DNA from: Burkholderiales bacterium
Lineage (GTDB): Bacteria > Pseudomonadota > Gammaproteobacteria > Burkholderiales > SG8-39
Length of the DNA: 64,000 bases
Direction of reading: 5' to 3'
Assembly: GCA_035651815.1 (NCBI GenBank)
Contig: DASRFB010000124.1
Coordinates: forward strand, 892 to 64,891
Made by a program: the position numbers and the translations under genes. Under the pieces are notes generated by a model. The model did no database searches. It saw only the letters and a program-made list of their open reading frames with translations, and was not told where the DNA came from. Numbering within the stretch: the first letter of the stretch is position 1; the number at the start of each line of letters is the position of its first letter. Positions 30,213 through 40,907 of the stretch are shown here, one piece after another.

Positions 30213-31513
30213 AGCTCCTCGTGATCGGCTCGGGCGGCAGAGAGCACGCGCTCGCGTGGCGACTCGCGCAGGGCCCGCGGGTGCAGAAGGTGTTCGTCGC
30301 CCCGGGCAACGGCGGCACCGCGCGCGAATCCTGGGCGCAGAACGTGCCGATCACCGCGCTCGACGAGCTCGCCGCGTTCGCGCAGAAAGAGAGCGTCTAC
30401 CTCACGGTCGTCGGACCCGAGCAGCCGCTCGCGGACGGCGTCGTCGACCTGTTCCGCTCCAAGGGACTGCGCATCTTCGGACCCACGCAGGCCGCGGCGC
30501 GACTCGAGAGCTCGAAGGAATACGCGAAGGCGTTCATGATCCGTCACGGCATACCGACCGCGGCCTACGGCGGCTTCGAGGACGCGGCCGCCGCCCACCG
30601 CTACGTCGACGCGCATCCGGGGCGCATCGTCGTCAAGGCCGACGGGCTCGCCGCCGGCAAAGGCGTCGTCGTCGCGGCGGACTCGGCGGAGGCGCACGCG
30701 GCGGTCGACCGATTCCTCGTCGATCGCACGATGGGCTCGGCGGGCAACCGCGTCGTGATCGAGGAGTGCCTCGACGGCGAGGAGGCGAGCTTCATCGTCA
30801 TGTGCGACGGCGAGCACGTGCTTCCGCTCGCCACGACGCAGGACCACAAGCGCCTGAAGGACGGCGACGCCGGCCCGAACACCGGCGGCATGGGCGCGTA
30901 TTCTCCGGCGCCCGTGGTCACGCCCACGGTGCACGGCCAGGTGGTGCGCGAGGTGATCCAGCGCGTCCTCGCGGGGATGGCGAAGGAAGGCCATCCCTAC
31001 TCGGGGTTTCTCTACGCCGGCCTGATGATCGACGGCGCGGGCAACGCGAAGGTCCTCGAGTTCAACTGCCGCCTGGGCGATCCCGAGACGCAGCCGATCC
31101 TGCTGCGTCTGAAGAGCGACCTGTTCGACATGGTCGAGCACGCGATGGACGGCCGGCTCGATCGATTCAACGCCGAATGGGACCGCCGACCCGCGCTCGG
31201 CGTGGTCCTCGCCGCCGCGGGATATCCGGAGAATCCGCGCAAAGGCGACGCCATCTCCGGGCTGCCGCAGGCCGCCGACGACGTGCGCGTGTTCCACGCC
31301 GGGACGGCGCTGAGCGGCGAGCGCATCGTGTCGAGCGGCGGCCGCGTGCTGTGCGTCACCGCGCTCGGCGACACGCTGCGCCTTGCGCAGCTGCGCGCCT
31401 ACCAGGTCGTCGAGGGCATCCGCTTCGAAGGGATGCAGTACCGGCGCGACATCGGGCACCGCGCCTTCGAGACGCGCGCGGCGGCTCGTCCAGCGCCCGT
31501 GCCGAAGCGCTGA
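30209..31513 (+). CDS. purD: phosphoribosylamine--glycine ligase
   Basis: GTG start (GTGA overlap with the pagP stop). [22 protein letters not shown]-grasp motifs, [12 protein letters not shown]. Confidence 0.95.
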   Translation: MKLLVIGSGGREHALAWRLAQGPRVQKVFVAPGNGGTARESWAQNVPITALDELAAFAQKESVYLTVVGPEQPLADGVVDLFRSKGLRIFGPTQAAARLESSKEYAKAFMIRHGIPTAAYGGFEDAAAAHRYVDAHPGRIVVKADGLAAGKGVVVAADSAEAHAAVDRFLVDRTMGSAGNRVVIEECLDGEEASFIVMCDGEHVLPLATTQDHKRLKDGDAGPNTGGMGAYSPAPVVTPTVHGQVVREVIQRVLAGMAKEGHPYSGFLYAGLMIDGAGNAKVLEFNCRLGDPETQPILLRLKSDLFDMVEHAMDGRLDRFNAEWDRRPALGVVLAAAGYPENPRKGDAISGLPQAADDVRVFHAGTALSGERIVSSGGRVLCVTALGDTLRLAQLRAYQVVEGIRFEGMQYRRDIGHRAFETRAAARPAPVPKR

Positions 31514-31518
31514 CGCTC

Positions 31519-32415
31519 ATGAATGCGGCCGCAGTACGCGCCTGGCTGGTCGGACTCCAGGGACGCATCGTCGCCGATCTCGAGCGCCTCGACGGCGGCA
31601 CCTTCCGCCGCGACGGCTGGGAGCGCCCCGAAGGCGGCGACGGGGTTTCGTGCGTGATCGAGGACGGATCGCTCTTCGAGCGCGGCGGCATCAACTTCTC
31701 GCACGTGTCCGGCGGACGGCTGCCGCCGTCGGCGAGCGCGGCGCGGCCCGAGCTCGCCGGGCGGGCGTTCGAGGCGATGGGCGTGTCGCTGGTGCTGCAT
31801 CCGCGCAATCCCTACTGCCCGACGGTGCACATGAACGTGCGCTTTCTCGTCGCGACGCGCGAAGGCGAGCTGCCGGCCTGGTGGTTCGGCGGGGGAATGG
31901 ACCTTACGCCGTATTACGGCTTCGAGGACGATGCGCGCCATTTCCACGGCGCCTGCCGCGACGCGCTCGCGCCTTTCGGCGCCGAGCACTATGCGCGGTT
32001 CAAGCGCTGGTGCGACCAGTACTTCTTCATCAGGCACCGCAACGAGCCGCGCGGCATCGGCGGCATCTTCTTCGACGACCTGAGCGAGCCGCACTTCGAC
32101 GCTTGCTTCGGTCTGGTGCAGAGCGTCGGCGAGCATTTCCTGCCCGCCTACGTTCCGATCGTCGAGCGGCGCCGCGCGCACGCCTACGGCGAGCGCGAGC
32201 GCGACTTCCAGGCCTACCGCCGCGGCCGCTACGTCGAGTTCAACCTGGTGTACGACCGGGGCACGCTCTTCGGGCTGCAATCGGGCGGGCGCGTCGAGTC
32301 GATCCTCGTGTCGATGCCGCCGCTCGTGAAATGGCGTTACGACTGGACGCCCGAGCCGGGCAGCCCGGAGGCGCGCCTGTATACGGAGTTCCTGAAGCCG
32401 CGCGACTGGGTGTAG
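31519..32415 (+). CDS. hemF: oxygen-dependent coproporphyrinogen-III oxidase
   Basis: 298 aa from the internal ATG of the 30256..32415 frame. [49 protein letters not shown]. Confidence 0.95.
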   Translation: MNAAAVRAWLVGLQGRIVADLERLDGGTFRRDGWERPEGGDGVSCVIEDGSLFERGGINFSHVSGGRLPPSASAARPELAGRAFEAMGVSLVLHPRNPYCPTVHMNVRFLVATREGELPAWWFGGGMDLTPYYGFEDDARHFHGACRDALAPFGAEHYARFKRWCDQYFFIRHRNEPRGIGGIFFDDLSEPHFDACFGLVQSVGEHFLPAYVPIVERRRAHAYGERERDFQAYRRGRYVEFNLVYDRGTLFGLQSGGRVESILVSMPPLVKWRYDWTPEPGSPEARLYTEFLKPRDWV

Positions 32416-32426
32416 CGGCCCGGCTC

Positions 32427-33605
32427 CTAAGCCGGCAGCCTGGCGTCGGCGGCCGCGCGGTAGTGGCGGTTCGCCTCCTCGGCCCTGCCCATCTCGTCGT
32501 GGACGCGCGCGAGCGCGACATGGGCGCCCCGGGTCGGATTCAGCGCGAGCGACGCCTCGAGGTAGCTGATCGCCTTGCCCCAGAGCTGCGTCTGCGCGCA
32601 AAGGCGCCCGAGCGTCAGCAGCAGCTCGGCGTCGCGCGGATGGTCGCCGAGCCAGCGCTCGGCGCGCTCGATGCGCGCGATCGCGTCGATGTCCTGGCAC
32701 TCTCCGTAGAGCAGCACGAGCTCGGGATGCCATTCGCGCTCGAGCGCCTCTTCGATGATCGCGTGCGCCGCGCGGCAATCCGCGAGATCGATGAAGGCGC
32801 GCGCCGCGGCGGCCGCCACCCGGGGCTGCGCGCGCTCCTCGTCCGGGATCAGCCGCCAGTACGCCGCCAGGCTCTTGAGGTCGTGCGTCCGGCGCGACAG
32901 CATGGCGACGCGCGCGTTGATGCGTATGCTGTGCACGGCCTCGGGCGGCATCGCGGCGCGCTTCTCGAGCAGGCGCGCCAGCCGGATCACCTCGTCCCAG
33001 TTGCCCAGGCCCTGCTCCGCGCGCAGCAGCAGGCTGAGCGTCGCGATGTGCCTCGGACCGCCCGCGTGCAGCTCGCGCAGCGCGGCGCGCGCTTCGTCGT
33101 AGCGGCGCTCCTCGAGCATCAGCTCCGCCTCGGTCATGAGCCGGGCGAGGCGCCAATCGGTCTCGTTCCTGCGCGCACGGCCGAGCCATTCGTCGCGCCG
33201 GTCGAAGTCGCGCAGGCGCTGCGCCGCCCGCGCGCCGATCAGCTCGGGCAGCGGCGGCGTGCAGCGCAGCTCGTGCGCCTGCGCGGCGAGCTTCTCGGCG
33301 CGGCCGAAGCGGCCCTCGAACAGCGCCTGGATCGCGCCGAAGAGCGCCGAGCGTCCCTTCTCCGCCCGGCGCCGGCGCCGGAACGCCCGCACGTGGGACG
33401 GCAGCCGCACCGTATGGGAAACGAACCGGACGACGAAATACGCGGTGACGAACGCCGCGAGCAGCGCGACGGCGAGCAGGTTCAGCGAGACTTCGATACG
33501 CCACGGATACAGCACGAACATGGCGTAGCCGTCGCCGCCGCGCATCGCAATCGAGACCGCCGCCGCGAGCGCGAAGGCGGCCAGGAGCCAGAACAGGACC
33601 CTCAT
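32427..33605 (-). CDS. hemY: HemY-like membrane/TPR protein
   Basis: 392 aa from the internal ATG. Two N-terminal TM helices (MRVLFWLLAAFALAAAVSIA...) then a TPR-like region. Last gene of the hemCDXY string. Confidence 0.8.
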   Translation of the reverse strand: MRVLFWLLAAFALAAAVSIAMRGGDGYAMFVLYPWRIEVSLNLLAVALLAAFVTAYFVVRFVSHTVRLPSHVRAFRRRRRAEKGRSALFGAIQALFEGRFGRAEKLAAQAHELRCTPPLPELIGARAAQRLRDFDRRDEWLGRARRNETDWRLARLMTEAELMLEERRYDEARAALRELHAGGPRHIATLSLLLRAEQGLGNWDEVIRLARLLEKRAAMPPEAVHSIRINARVAMLSRRTHDLKSLAAYWRLIPDEERAQPRVAAAAARAFIDLADCRAAHAIIEEALEREWHPELVLLYGECQDIDAIARIERAERWLGDHPRDAELLLTLGRLCAQTQLWGKAISYLEASLALNPTRGAHVALARVHDEMGRAEEANRHYRAAADARLPA

Positions 33606-34645
33606 CGGGCCGGCCTGTCGCGCACCGACTTGTAGTTGCGCACCGCGGCCAGGCTTTCGCTTATGCTGGGAAGCGCCATCCCGGGACCGCCGGAGCCGAG
33701 CTGCGACAAGGTGGTCTGCACCGCCGCGGTCGCGCGCGCCTTGCGGTCGAAGTACCGGTCGAGCCAGTCGCTCGCCGTCTTGATGTCGGCGCGGAAGGTG
33801 GACTCGTCCCGCGCGAGCAGCGCGATGCGGGCGTTGAGCAGGCGCAGCTTCAGGTTCTCGCGCAGGAACAGGCCCTGGGAAGGCGCGAGCATCGCCGGGT
33901 CCGGGCGATCCATGTGCTCGATGCGCACGAGCTGCTTCAGCTCGCCGAGGAACTCGGCCCCGAGCCGCTCCCACAGCCGGGCGGGGCGCGCGTCGGCGAG
34001 CGGCTCGGCCGCGATCGCGGGCCGCGCTTCCTGCGCGAGCGGGAGCGAGTCCACGGCGACGATCAGCTGGTCGAGCTTGATGGCGAGACCGGGAATGTCG
34101 GGCGTATGCGCGGCCTTGAGCCGCTCGATGTCGCTCGCGATGATCTTGCGCAACGGAGCGAACTGCGGGCGGTCGGAGCGCGCGAGCCGCGCGTCGGCGG
34201 TCTGCAGCGCGACCAGGGCCGCCCGGACGTTCCCGGCGAGCTGCAGCTGCTGCGAGGCGATCGTCAGGATCTGCTCGATCTCGGCGAGCACCCATTCGTC
34301 GCGGCTGCGCGAGAGCTCCTGGTACAGCGCCTCGAGCGCCACCTGCTGGCTCTGCGATTCGGCGAGCTTGAGCTCGAGCTGCGACTGCCTGGCCTGCACC
34401 TCGCGCAGCGCTTCCTGCGACTGCTTGGCGATCAGCCGGGCGTCGCGGCTGTCGGATTCGCTGTCGCGCACGCGCTGCGCGACCTGATCGCGCAGCGACT
34501 CGAAGCGACTGCGCGTGTCGATCCATTGCCAGGCGAGCAGCACCGCGAGGACGACGAAGGCGCCCGCGACGCGCAGCGAGCGTCGTCGCGCCGCGGCTTG
34601 CGCGGCGGGCGATTCCGCAGATGGCGCTGTGTCGCGCTCCGGCAT
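33602..34645 (-). CDS. hemX: HemX-like membrane protein (often mis-annotated as uroporphyrin-III C-methyltransferase)
   Basis: 347 aa. One TM segment (LRVAGAFVVLAVLLAW), a long coiled coil and the HemX conserved core (EWVLAEIEQILTIASQQLQL). ATGA overlap with the hemY start. Confidence 0.8.
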   Translation of the reverse strand: MPERDTAPSAESPAAQAAARRRSLRVAGAFVVLAVLLAWQWIDTRSRFESLRDQVAQRVRDSESDSRDARLIAKQSQEALREVQARQSQLELKLAESQSQQVALEALYQELSRSRDEWVLAEIEQILTIASQQLQLAGNVRAALVALQTADARLARSDRPQFAPLRKIIASDIERLKAAHTPDIPGLAIKLDQLIVAVDSLPLAQEARPAIAAEPLADARPARLWERLGAEFLGELKQLVRIEHMDRPDPAMLAPSQGLFLRENLKLRLLNARIALLARDESTFRADIKTASDWLDRYFDRKARATAAVQTTLSQLGSGGPGMALPSISESLAAVRNYKSVRDRPAR

Positions 34646-34670
34646 ATCCGACCTTCGACTCCCGAGGGGC

Positions 34671-35453
34671 TCATACTTTAGCAAAAAAGGCCGCCATTCC
34701 CGAGACGGCGCCCTCTTCGCCCGCATCGGTGAGCGCGACCTGCCCGATCCCGAGCTCGCGCGCGAGCGCCGCGATCCGGGGGTGCGAGACGAACACGGGC
34801 GTCGCCCGCAGATAGCTCTTGCCCGTGGGTCCGAGGAGCGCGAACAGGTTCGCCAGTCCCTCGCCGCTGGTGATCGAGACGGCGTCGATCCCTCCGCGCT
34901 GCCAGCGGGCGAGCAGCGGCGCGAGCTTTCCGGCGGCGGGCGGCGCGCGGCGATAGCACTGCGCGTACTCCACGGCGGCGCCGCGCGCCTGCAGCTCGTC
35001 GCTCAGCCATTCGCGGCCGCCGTCGCCGCGGAAGATCACGATCGACCGGCCGCGCACGTCGCGCAGCTCGGGGAGCGCGGCGAGCGCCTCGCTGTCGCCC
35101 CGGCCCTGCGGCGCGAGCACGTCCGCGAAGCCGAGGCGCTCGAGCGCGCGCGCGGTGCCGCCGCCCACCGCCGCGACGCGCAGCCGGCTCGGCCACGCGC
35201 GCGCGGCGAAAACCGCCTCGCATCCCCTGACGGCCGCCGATTCGCTGATGAAGATCGCCAGGTCGCAGCGATCGAGATTGGCGATCGCGCGCGCGAGCGC
35301 GTCGCCATCACTCGCGGGCAGGATCTCGATGGCGGGAAAAAGGACCGGCTCGCCGCCCGCGGCGCGCACGGCATCCGCGAGGCGCGCGGCGTGCTCGCGC
35401 GGCCGCGTGATGACGATCGCGCGGCCCGAAAGCGCCGCGCGCGCGCCGCTCAT
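34671..35453 (-). CDS. hemD: uroporphyrinogen-III synthase
   Basis: 260 aa from the internal ATG ([15 protein letters not shown]...). Position between hemC and hemX. ATGA overlap with the hemC stop. Confidence 0.85.
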   Translation of the reverse strand: MSGARAALSGRAIVITRPREHAARLADAVRAAGGEPVLFPAIEILPASDGDALARAIANLDRCDLAIFISESAAVRGCEAVFAARAWPSRLRVAAVGGGTARALERLGFADVLAPQGRGDSEALAALPELRDVRGRSIVIFRGDGGREWLSDELQARGAAVEYAQCYRRAPPAAGKLAPLLARWQRGGIDAVSITSGEGLANLFALLGPTGKSYLRATPVFVSHPRIAALARELGIGQVALTDAGEEGAVSGMAAFFAKV

Positions 35454-36394
35454 GACAGCGCGGCCAGCACGTCGCGCGCGCCGCGCTCGAGCAACAGTTT
35501 CGCGAGCGCTTCGCCGAGCGGCTCGGCGTCGGCCCTCGCGCCTTCGATCTCGGCGCGTACCGTGCGCCGGCCGTCGGGCGTGGCGACGAGCCCGCGCAGA
35601 AACAGCCGGTCGCCGCGCAGCACCGCGTACGCGGCGAGCGGCACCTGGCAGCTGCCCGACAGCGCGCGGCTCACCGTGCGCTCCGCGCGGATGCAGTCCG
35701 CGGTGTCGCGGTGATCGAGCGCGGCGAGCTGGCGCCGGAGCGCGACCCGGTCGTCGCGGCATTCGATCGCGAGCGCGCCCTGTCCCGGGGACGGCAGCAC
35801 GGTCTCGGGCTCCAGCGTCGCGCGGATCCGGCCCGCGAGCCCGAGTCGCTTCAGCCCCGCGGCGGCGAGCGCGACGGCGTCGTACTCGCCTCGGTCGAGC
35901 TTCGCGAGGCGCGTATCGAGATTGCCCCGGAGCGAGCGCACCTCCAGCCCCGGATACCGATCCCGGAGCTGGGCCTCGCGCCGCAGGCTCGAGGTCCCGA
36001 CCACGGCGCCCGGCGGCATGTCCTCGAGGCGCGCGTAGCGCGCCGACACGATGCAGTCGCGCGCATCCTCGCGCTCCGGGATGGCGGCGATGCAGAATCC
36101 CGCAGGCAGCGACATGGGCACGTCCTTCGCGGAGTGCACGGCGAGATCGGCACGACCGTCCGCCAGCGCCTCCTCCAGCTCCTTCACGAACAAGCCCTTG
36201 CCGCCGACTTTCGACAGCGGAGTATCGAGGATCCGGTCGCCCCGCGTTGTCAGGCCCAGGATGCTCACCTCGCACTGCGGATAGGCCTTGCAGAGCTCCG
36301 CCGCCACGTGCTCGGATTGCCACAGGGCGAGGCGGCTCTGCCTCGACGCGATGACGAGCCGCTTCGGCGCTTCGGGCCTTGCGGACGTGCTCAT
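35450..36394 (-). CDS. hemC: porphobilinogen deaminase (hydroxymethylbilane synthase)
   Basis: 314 aa. [58 protein letters not shown]. Confidence 0.95.
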   Translation of the reverse strand: MSTSARPEAPKRLVIASRQSRLALWQSEHVAAELCKAYPQCEVSILGLTTRGDRILDTPLSKVGGKGLFVKELEEALADGRADLAVHSAKDVPMSLPAGFCIAAIPEREDARDCIVSARYARLEDMPPGAVVGTSSLRREAQLRDRYPGLEVRSLRGNLDTRLAKLDRGEYDAVALAAAGLKRLGLAGRIRATLEPETVLPSPGQGALAIECRDDRVALRRQLAALDHRDTADCIRAERTVSRALSGSCQVPLAAYAVLRGDRLFLRGLVATPDGRRTVRAEIEGARADAEPLGEALAKLLLERGARDVLAALS

Positions 36395-37146
36395 GCTTTC
36401 AGGAGCTCCTTCAACGCGGCCCATTGGCGCCGGCTGACCGGCAGCCTCTCGCCGCATCCTTCCAGTATGACCGACCAGCCGGCATCCGCGTCGTTCTCCG
36501 ATCCGCGCTCCACGCCGCGGATCAGCGCGCGCGCGACCAGGCAGTTGCGATGGATGCGCACGAACGTGTCGCCGAACTCCTTCTCGATCTGCGACAGCGA
36601 ATCCTCGATCAGGTATTCGCGCTCGCGCGTCCGGACGGTGACGTACTTCAGCTCGGCCTTGAGAAACACGACGTCGGCGACGGCCACGAGCGACACGCGC
36701 CCGCGCTCGGCGACGCTGAAGTAGCGGCGCGGGCTGGGGTCGATCCGCTCCAGGACCTCGCGCACCGGCCGGGCGCCGGCGCGAGCCTTCTTGAGCGCCG
36801 CGAGCAGGCGCGCCGCGCGCACCGGCTTCAGCAGGTAATCGACCGCGGCGACCTCGAACGCCTGCACCGCGTACTGATCGTGCGCCGTCACGAAGATCAC
36901 CGCGGGCGGGTGCTCGAGCACCTGGAGATGACGCGCGAATTCGATGCCGCTCATCCCCGGCATGTGGATGTCGACCAGTGCGAGATCGGGCTGCGTCGCC
37001 GCGACCAGCTCGAGCCCCTCGATCCCGTTCGCGGCCTCGCCGGCGACCGCGTGCGGGAGCTCCGCGGCGCAGTCCGCGAGGACCTCGCGCATGCGGCTGC
37101 GCGCGGGCTGCTCGTCGTCCACGATGACGATGCGCGCCGGCGTCAT
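36391..37146 (-). CDS. algR: LytTR-family response regulator (AlgR-like)
   Basis: 251 aa. REC domain (IVIVDDE...[13 protein letters not shown]) plus LytTR DNA-binding domain ([13 protein letters not shown]...[10 protein letters not shown]). ATGA overlaps with the kinase stop and the hemC start. Same order as Pseudomonas algZ-algR-hemC. Confidence 0.88.
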   Translation of the reverse strand: MTPARIVIVDDEQPARSRMREVLADCAAELPHAVAGEAANGIEGLELVAATQPDLALVDIHMPGMSGIEFARHLQVLEHPPAVIFVTAHDQYAVQAFEVAAVDYLLKPVRAARLLAALKKARAGARPVREVLERIDPSPRRYFSVAERGRVSLVAVADVVFLKAELKYVTVRTREREYLIEDSLSQIEKEFGDTFVRIHRNCLVARALIRGVERGSENDADAGWSVILEGCGERLPVSRRQWAALKELLKA

Positions 37147-38210
37147 GCGCGAAGCCGGTAGGGAATCATGATGTCGATCTCGTAGCGCTCGCCGGCGATG
37201 CGCGTGTCGAGGCGCGCCTCGACGTCGAAATGCAGCTGCAGGCGCTCGCGGATGTTGGCGAGCGCCATGCGGTTGCCCTGCCGGTGCTGGTGCTCGGGAT
37301 GATAAGGGTTGGACAGCTGCAGGCGCAGCCGGTCGCCGTCGCGCTCGGCGCTGATGCGCACCAGCCCGGCATCCATGCCGGGCTCGATGCCGTGATAGAT
37401 CGCGTTCTCGACCAGCGGCTGCAGCAGCATGGGGGGCACGAGCGCGGGCTCGGCCGCGGGATCGAGACTCCATTCGACCCGCAGGCGCTCGCCGAGCCGC
37501 AGCTGCTCGAGCCTCAGGTATTGGCGGCACAGCGAGACCTCGTCGGCCAGCACGGTGAGCCGGCGGCTGTCCGCCATGATGGTGCGGAACAGCTCCGCGA
37601 GGTCCTCGATCGCGGTCTCCGCCCGCTTCGGATCGGCGCGGATCAGCGACAGCACCGCGTTCAGGCTGTTGAACAGGAAATGCGGCCGGATGCGCGCCTG
37701 AAGTGCCTGCAGGCGCGCCTCCGCGAGCGCGGGCGAGAACGCCCGCTGCCGCAGATGGAAATACCAGGCGAGGACCGCGGTGCCCGCGGCGGCGTACGCG
37801 AGCGTCGCGAAGAGCTGCGACGATGCGTTGTCGGGTCCGAGCAGCGTCTGCAAGGGAAAAGTCGCGGCCGTCACGCCGAGCACGATCGCGAATAGGGCCG
37901 CCAGGGAAGCCCCGTACGAGAGGCGCGCGAGCCAGGGCGAGACGGCGTAAAGGAGTGCCAGCACGACGAGCAGCGGCGGCTCGAGCGCGCCGGCGATCTC
38001 GACGAGCCGGTAGACGAACTCGGACAGCCGCTGCGAGCGCACCAACGCGACGAAGACCGCGAGCGCGTTGCCGAAGATGACGATGCGCGAGATGACGCCC
38101 AGGTTCCTGAAATCGGGCAGGGCGTCGGGCAGATCGTTTTGCCGTATACTTTGAGTCCTCTGCTCCGACAAATTTAGCTCCGGCGGCGCGCAGGGCGCTG
38201 TGCCGGCCAT
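37143..38210 (-). CDS. algZ: LytS/AlgZ(FimS)-type sensor histidine kinase
   Basis: About 355 aa. Four predicted TM helices, H-box [11 protein letters not shown] and N-box LVENAIYHG. The start is uncertain. ATG 38210 chosen because the GTG at 38255 would overlap argH. Confidence 0.82.
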   Translation of the reverse strand: MAGTAPCAPPELNLSEQRTQSIRQNDLPDALPDFRNLGVISRIVIFGNALAVFVALVRSQRLSEFVYRLVEIAGALEPPLLVVLALLYAVSPWLARLSYGASLAALFAIVLGVTAATFPLQTLLGPDNASSQLFATLAYAAAGTAVLAWYFHLRQRAFSPALAEARLQALQARIRPHFLFNSLNAVLSLIRADPKRAETAIEDLAELFRTIMADSRRLTVLADEVSLCRQYLRLEQLRLGERLRVEWSLDPAAEPALVPPMLLQPLVENAIYHGIEPGMDAGLVRISAERDGDRLRLQLSNPYHPEHQHRQGNRMALANIRERLQLHFDVEARLDTRIAGERYEIDIMIPYRLRA

Positions 38211-38223
38211 TTTACAGATAACG

Positions 38224-39621
38224 ATGGCAGCCAAGCCCAAAGCCAAGCGCAGCACCGCCTCGGGCCGGTTTGCGGAGCCGCCCTCGGAGCGGGTCGCGCG
38301 CTATACCGCGTCGGTGGAGTTCGACCGCCGGCTCGCGGCGCACGACATCCGCGGATCGCTCGCGCACGCGCGCATGCTGCGCGCGGCCGGCATCCTGTCC
38401 GCGGCCGACCTCGAGGCCATCGAGCGCGGCCTGTCGCAGATCGCGCGCGAAGTGTCCTCGGGCGACTTCGCCTGGTCGCTCGAGGCCGAGGACGTTCACC
38501 TCAACATCGAGAAGCGGCTGACCGAGCTCGTCGGCGACGCGGGCAAGCGGCTGCACACCGCGCGCTCGCGCAACGACCAGGTCGCGACCGACCTGCGGCT
38601 GTGGCTGCGCGACGAGATCGACGCCTGCGCCGCCGCGCTGGTCGAGCTCCAGTCGGCGCTGCTCGACCAGGCCGAGCGCCACGCCGGCGTCATCATGCCG
38701 GGGTTCACCCACCTGCAGGTCGCGCAGCCGGTCACGTTCGGGCATCATTTGCTCGCGTATTTCGAGATGCTCGAGCGCGATCGCGCGCGGCTCGCGGACT
38801 GCAGGAAGCGCCTCAACCGCCTGCCCCTCGGCGCCGCCGCGCTCGCCGGCACCTCGTATCCCATCGACCGCGAGCGCGTCGCGCGCGAGCTCGGCTTCGA
38901 GGGCCTGTGCGCCAATTCGCTCGACGCGGTCTCGGACCGGGATTTCGCGATCGAGTTCTGCGCCTGCGCGGCGCTCGCGATGGTGCACCTGTCGCGGCTG
39001 TGCGAGGAGATCATCCTCTGGCTGAACCCGCGCTTCGGCTTCATCTCGCTTCCCGACCGCTTCTGCACCGGGTCGTCGATCATGCCGCAGAAGAAGAACC
39101 CCGACGTGCCCGAGCTCGCGCGCGGCAAGACCGGGCGCGTCATCGGCAGCCTCACGGCCCTGCTCGTCCTGATGAAAGGCCAGCCGCTCGCCTACAACAA
39201 GGACAACCAGGAGGACAAGGAGCCCGTGTTCGACGCCGCCGACACGCTGCGCAGCACGCTCGAGGTCTTCGCCGAGATGGTGCCCGGGATCGAGGTCGAC
39301 GAGCAGGCGATGCGCCGGGCCGCGAAAGAGGGCTACTCCACCGCGACCGATCTCGCGGACTACCTGGTGCGCAAGGGCGTCGCCTTCCGCGACGCCCACG
39401 AGGCGGTCGGCAGCGCGGTGCGCTTTGCCGAGGAATCGGCGCGCGACCTGTCGGAGCTGTCGCTCGAGGAGCTGCGCAGGTTCTCGGGCTCGATCGACAA
39501 GGACGTGTTCCGGGTGCTGACGCTCGAAGGCTCCGTCGCTTCGCGCTCGCACCCGGGGGGCACAGCGCCCGAGCAGGTGCTGGCCGCGGTGCGTCGCGCG
39601 CGCGAGGCGCTCGCGCGCTGA
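38224..39621 (+). CDS. argH: argininosuccinate lyase
   Basis: 465 aa. Fumarate-lyase signature [30 protein letters not shown]. Confidence 0.96.
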   Translation: MAAKPKAKRSTASGRFAEPPSERVARYTASVEFDRRLAAHDIRGSLAHARMLRAAGILSAADLEAIERGLSQIAREVSSGDFAWSLEAEDVHLNIEKRLTELVGDAGKRLHTARSRNDQVATDLRLWLRDEIDACAAALVELQSALLDQAERHAGVIMPGFTHLQVAQPVTFGHHLLAYFEMLERDRARLADCRKRLNRLPLGAAALAGTSYPIDRERVARELGFEGLCANSLDAVSDRDFAIEFCACAALAMVHLSRLCEEIILWLNPRFGFISLPDRFCTGSSIMPQKKNPDVPELARGKTGRVIGSLTALLVLMKGQPLAYNKDNQEDKEPVFDAADTLRSTLEVFAEMVPGIEVDEQAMRRAAKEGYSTATDLADYLVRKGVAFRDAHEAVGSAVRFAEESARDLSELSLEELRRFSGSIDKDVFRVLTLEGSVASRSHPGGTAPEQVLAAVRRAREALAR

Positions 39622-39629
39622 CCCCGCCG

Positions 39630-40907
39630 ATGGAGCGCATCGGCAAATACGAGATCAAGCGCAAGCTCGGCGAGGGCGCGACGAGCGAGGTCTACCTCTG
39701 CCACGATCCGTTCGGCAACCGCGATGTCGCGGTGAAGGTGGTGTACGAGGAGCGCATCAAGGGCTCGAGCGACCCGGCCAAGCTCTCCAAGAAGCTGTTC
39801 GTCGCCGAGGCGTCGCTCGCCGGCAAGCTCAAGCACCCGCACATCTGCCAGATCTACGACGCGGTCGTGGCGCCCGGGATGAGCTACATCGTGATGGAGT
39901 ACGTCGACGGCGGGACGCTCGAGCGCTTCTGCAGTCCCGCGCGGCTCCTGCCGACCGACAAGCTGGTCGAGATGATCTTCAAATGCACGCGCGCGCTCGA
40001 GTTCGCGCGCCGGCTCGGCGTCACGCACCGCGACATCAAGCCGGCGAACATCCTGCTCTCGGGCGCGACCGACATCAAGATCTCGGACTTCGGCTCGGCG
40101 CTGATGGCGAGCGCCGAGTACAGCCAGGTCACCGGCATCGGGTCCCCGGCGTACATGTCGCCGCAGCAGATCAAGGAGCTCGCGCTCGACCACCGCACCG
40201 ACGTCTACTCGCTCGGCGTGGTGATGTATCAGCTGCTCACGGGCTCGCTGCCGTTCAACGCGACGAACAACTACAGCATGATGTACCAGATCACGAGCGT
40301 CGAGCCGCAGCCACCGTCGGCGCTGCGGCGCGACATCCCGAGCGCCCTCGACGACATCGTCAAGCGCGCGATGGCCAAGGAGCTCGAGCGCCGCTACCAG
40401 ACGTGGGACGAGTTCTCGTTCGATCTGGCCGAGGTGTTCCGGGGCACCTATATGCCGGGCTCGGTCCGCGAGGTCGCCGACAGCGAGAAGTTCAACACCC
40501 TGCGCGTCATGCCGTTCTTCTCGGACTTCTCCGACGCGGAGCTGTGGGAGGTGATGCGGATCTCGACGTGGCGCAACGTCGCGGCCGGCACGGTGCTCAT
40601 GCGCGACGGCGACCGCGGCGACTCCTTCTGCATCCTCGCCGACGGAGAGGTCAAAGTGACCAAGCGCAAGAAGCTGCTGAACGTGCTCTCGCCCGGGGAA
40701 TGCTTCGGCGAGATGGCCTACCTTTCCAAGACCGGGAACGAGCGCATCGCGGACGTTTCGACCATGAGCGACGCCCGCATCATCACGATCCGCACCGAGG
40801 ACCTGGAGCGCGCGTCCGACGCGTGCCGGCACCGCTTCGACCGCGCCTTCATGGCGATCCTGGTCGAGCGTCTGGCGCTCGCCAACGCCCGGCTGATCGC
40901 GGCTTGA
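39630..40907 (+). CDS. Hanks-type Ser/Thr protein kinase fused to a C-terminal cyclic-nucleotide-binding domain
   Basis: 425 aa. Gly loop LGEGATSEVY, VAVKV, catalytic loop HRDIKPANILL, DFG, SPAYMSPQ. The C-terminal cNMP domain has FGEMAYL...NERIADV (phosphate-binding-cassette-like). No TM segment. Confidence 0.85.
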   Translation: MERIGKYEIKRKLGEGATSEVYLCHDPFGNRDVAVKVVYEERIKGSSDPAKLSKKLFVAEASLAGKLKHPHICQIYDAVVAPGMSYIVMEYVDGGTLERFCSPARLLPTDKLVEMIFKCTRALEFARRLGVTHRDIKPANILLSGATDIKISDFGSALMASAEYSQVTGIGSPAYMSPQQIKELALDHRTDVYSLGVVMYQLLTGSLPFNATNNYSMMYQITSVEPQPPSALRRDIPSALDDIVKRAMAKELERRYQTWDEFSFDLAEVFRGTYMPGSVREVADSEKFNTLRVMPFFSDFSDAELWEVMRISTWRNVAAGTVLMRDGDRGDSFCILADGEVKVTKRKKLLNVLSPGECFGEMAYLSKTGNERIADVSTMSDARIITIRTEDLERASDACRHRFDRAFMAILVERLALANARLIAA

